Positions 63,231 through 64,000 of a stretch of 64,000 bases of DNA are shown piece by piece. Positions within the stretch are counted from its first letter, which is position 1, and each line of letters begins with the position of its first letter. Below the pieces are notes generated by a model, which saw only the letters and a program-made list of their open reading frames with translations, was not told where the DNA came from and ran no database searches. The stretch lies in the NCBI RefSeq assembly GCF_009914755.1, contig NC_060936.1; one strand, given 5' to 3'. A program made the position numbers and the translations under genes. Origin of the DNA: the human T2T-CHM13v2.0 reference genome, Homo sapiens.

Positions 63231-64000
63231 CTCCCAACCACAGATGCCCTGGGCCTTGGGGATCCTGGGTTTCCCTGGCTGATGCCCACAAAGTGTATCA
63301 TGCCAAAGGGGGACAGCCCAAAGTGGTAGGGAGGCTTGAATGGGGAGGTTGAGACTCCTGTGTCGTGTGAATGGAAAAAAATCAGAGCAGCATAGGTCCC
63401 CCCCATGGGCAAAAGTGCCTCCCAACTGCACATGCGCAGGTCCCAGGGCATACTGGGCATCCTTTTTTCATGTCCATGGAGCATCTCAGGGCCAAGGGTG
63501 CAGCCCAAAGCGACAGGAAGTTTTGAAAGGGGAAGTCGAGGCACTTGTGTGGCATGGAAGGAAAAACATACAGTGCAGCACAAGTTCTCCCACAGGCGAA
63601 AGTGCCACCCAACCGGGCATACAACAAGGGGCCGAGGGGATCCTGGGTATGTTTCTTTCCCTGCCATGGGTTGTCTCAGGCCCACAATGGACAGCCCAAA
63701 GTGGCAGGATGGCTTGAAAGGGATGTTGAGGCACCCGTGTGGTGAGGAAGAAAAAGAAACAGCGCAGCAGTGGCCCCCATGGGCGAAAGTGCTTCCCACC
63801 CACGTATGATTGGAGGGCTGGGGATCCTGGGCACCCCAGGTTCTCACTCAAGGAGGGCGTCGGCCCACAGGGGCCAGCCCAAGGCCACAGGAAGGCTTAA
63901 AAGGGGATGCGCAGGCTCCAGTGTTGTGAAAAGAAAACACAAATGGCGAGGCAAACGTCCCCCAACATGGGTGAAAGTGCCTCCCCACCGCTCATGCATG
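63231..64000. repeat. GC-rich ~187-188 bp tandem repeat, gamma-satellite-like (GSAT/GSATII family), running off the window end
   Basis: The motif ca(tg)ggNNaaagtgcNNccc recurs with aaagtg at 63412, 63599, 63786 and 63974 (spacing 187, 187, 188); ggatcctggg at 63260, 63638 and 63822. The tandem structure is directly seen; the family name is inferred from GC richness, unit size and pericentromeric position. Confidence 0.75.

Noticed and set aside
63167-63851. Cluster of overlapping ORFs up to 226 aa
   Set aside because: They arise from low stop-codon frequency in a GC-rich tandem repeat, overlap in several frames and show no recognisable domain.

Overview
This is primate (probably human or other hominoid) pericentromeric DNA with no genuine protein-coding gene. 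About 92% of the window is old, diverged alpha satellite (~171-172 bp monomers) with pJ-alpha-type boxes; I saw no CENP-B box. It is a mosaic of two sequence classes: a loosely dimeric class (~343 bp period; ~1-31.3 kb, ~37.7-42.8 kb, ~52.2-59.7 kb) and a monomeric class (~31.3-37.7 kb, ~45.9-52.2 kb, and in opposite orientation 59.7-63.2 kb). Two dead LINE-1 copies interrupt it: a 5'-truncated ~3.1 kb L1PA4-like copy without a TSD on a class boundary, and a ~1.4 kb L1PA3-like copy with a twin-priming 5' inversion and a 17-bp TSD. The satellite switches strand at ~59,712 and ends at 63,230, where a GC-rich ~187-188 bp tandem repeat (gamma-satellite-like) begins. I found no new gene system. The most interesting signals are structural: a monomer-type-specific 9-bp dyad recurring with the dimer, two template-switch hairpins, and several relic multi-kb duplications. 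All comparisons were made by eye, so class boundaries are approximate and subfamily names need RepeatMasker or HMM confirmation.
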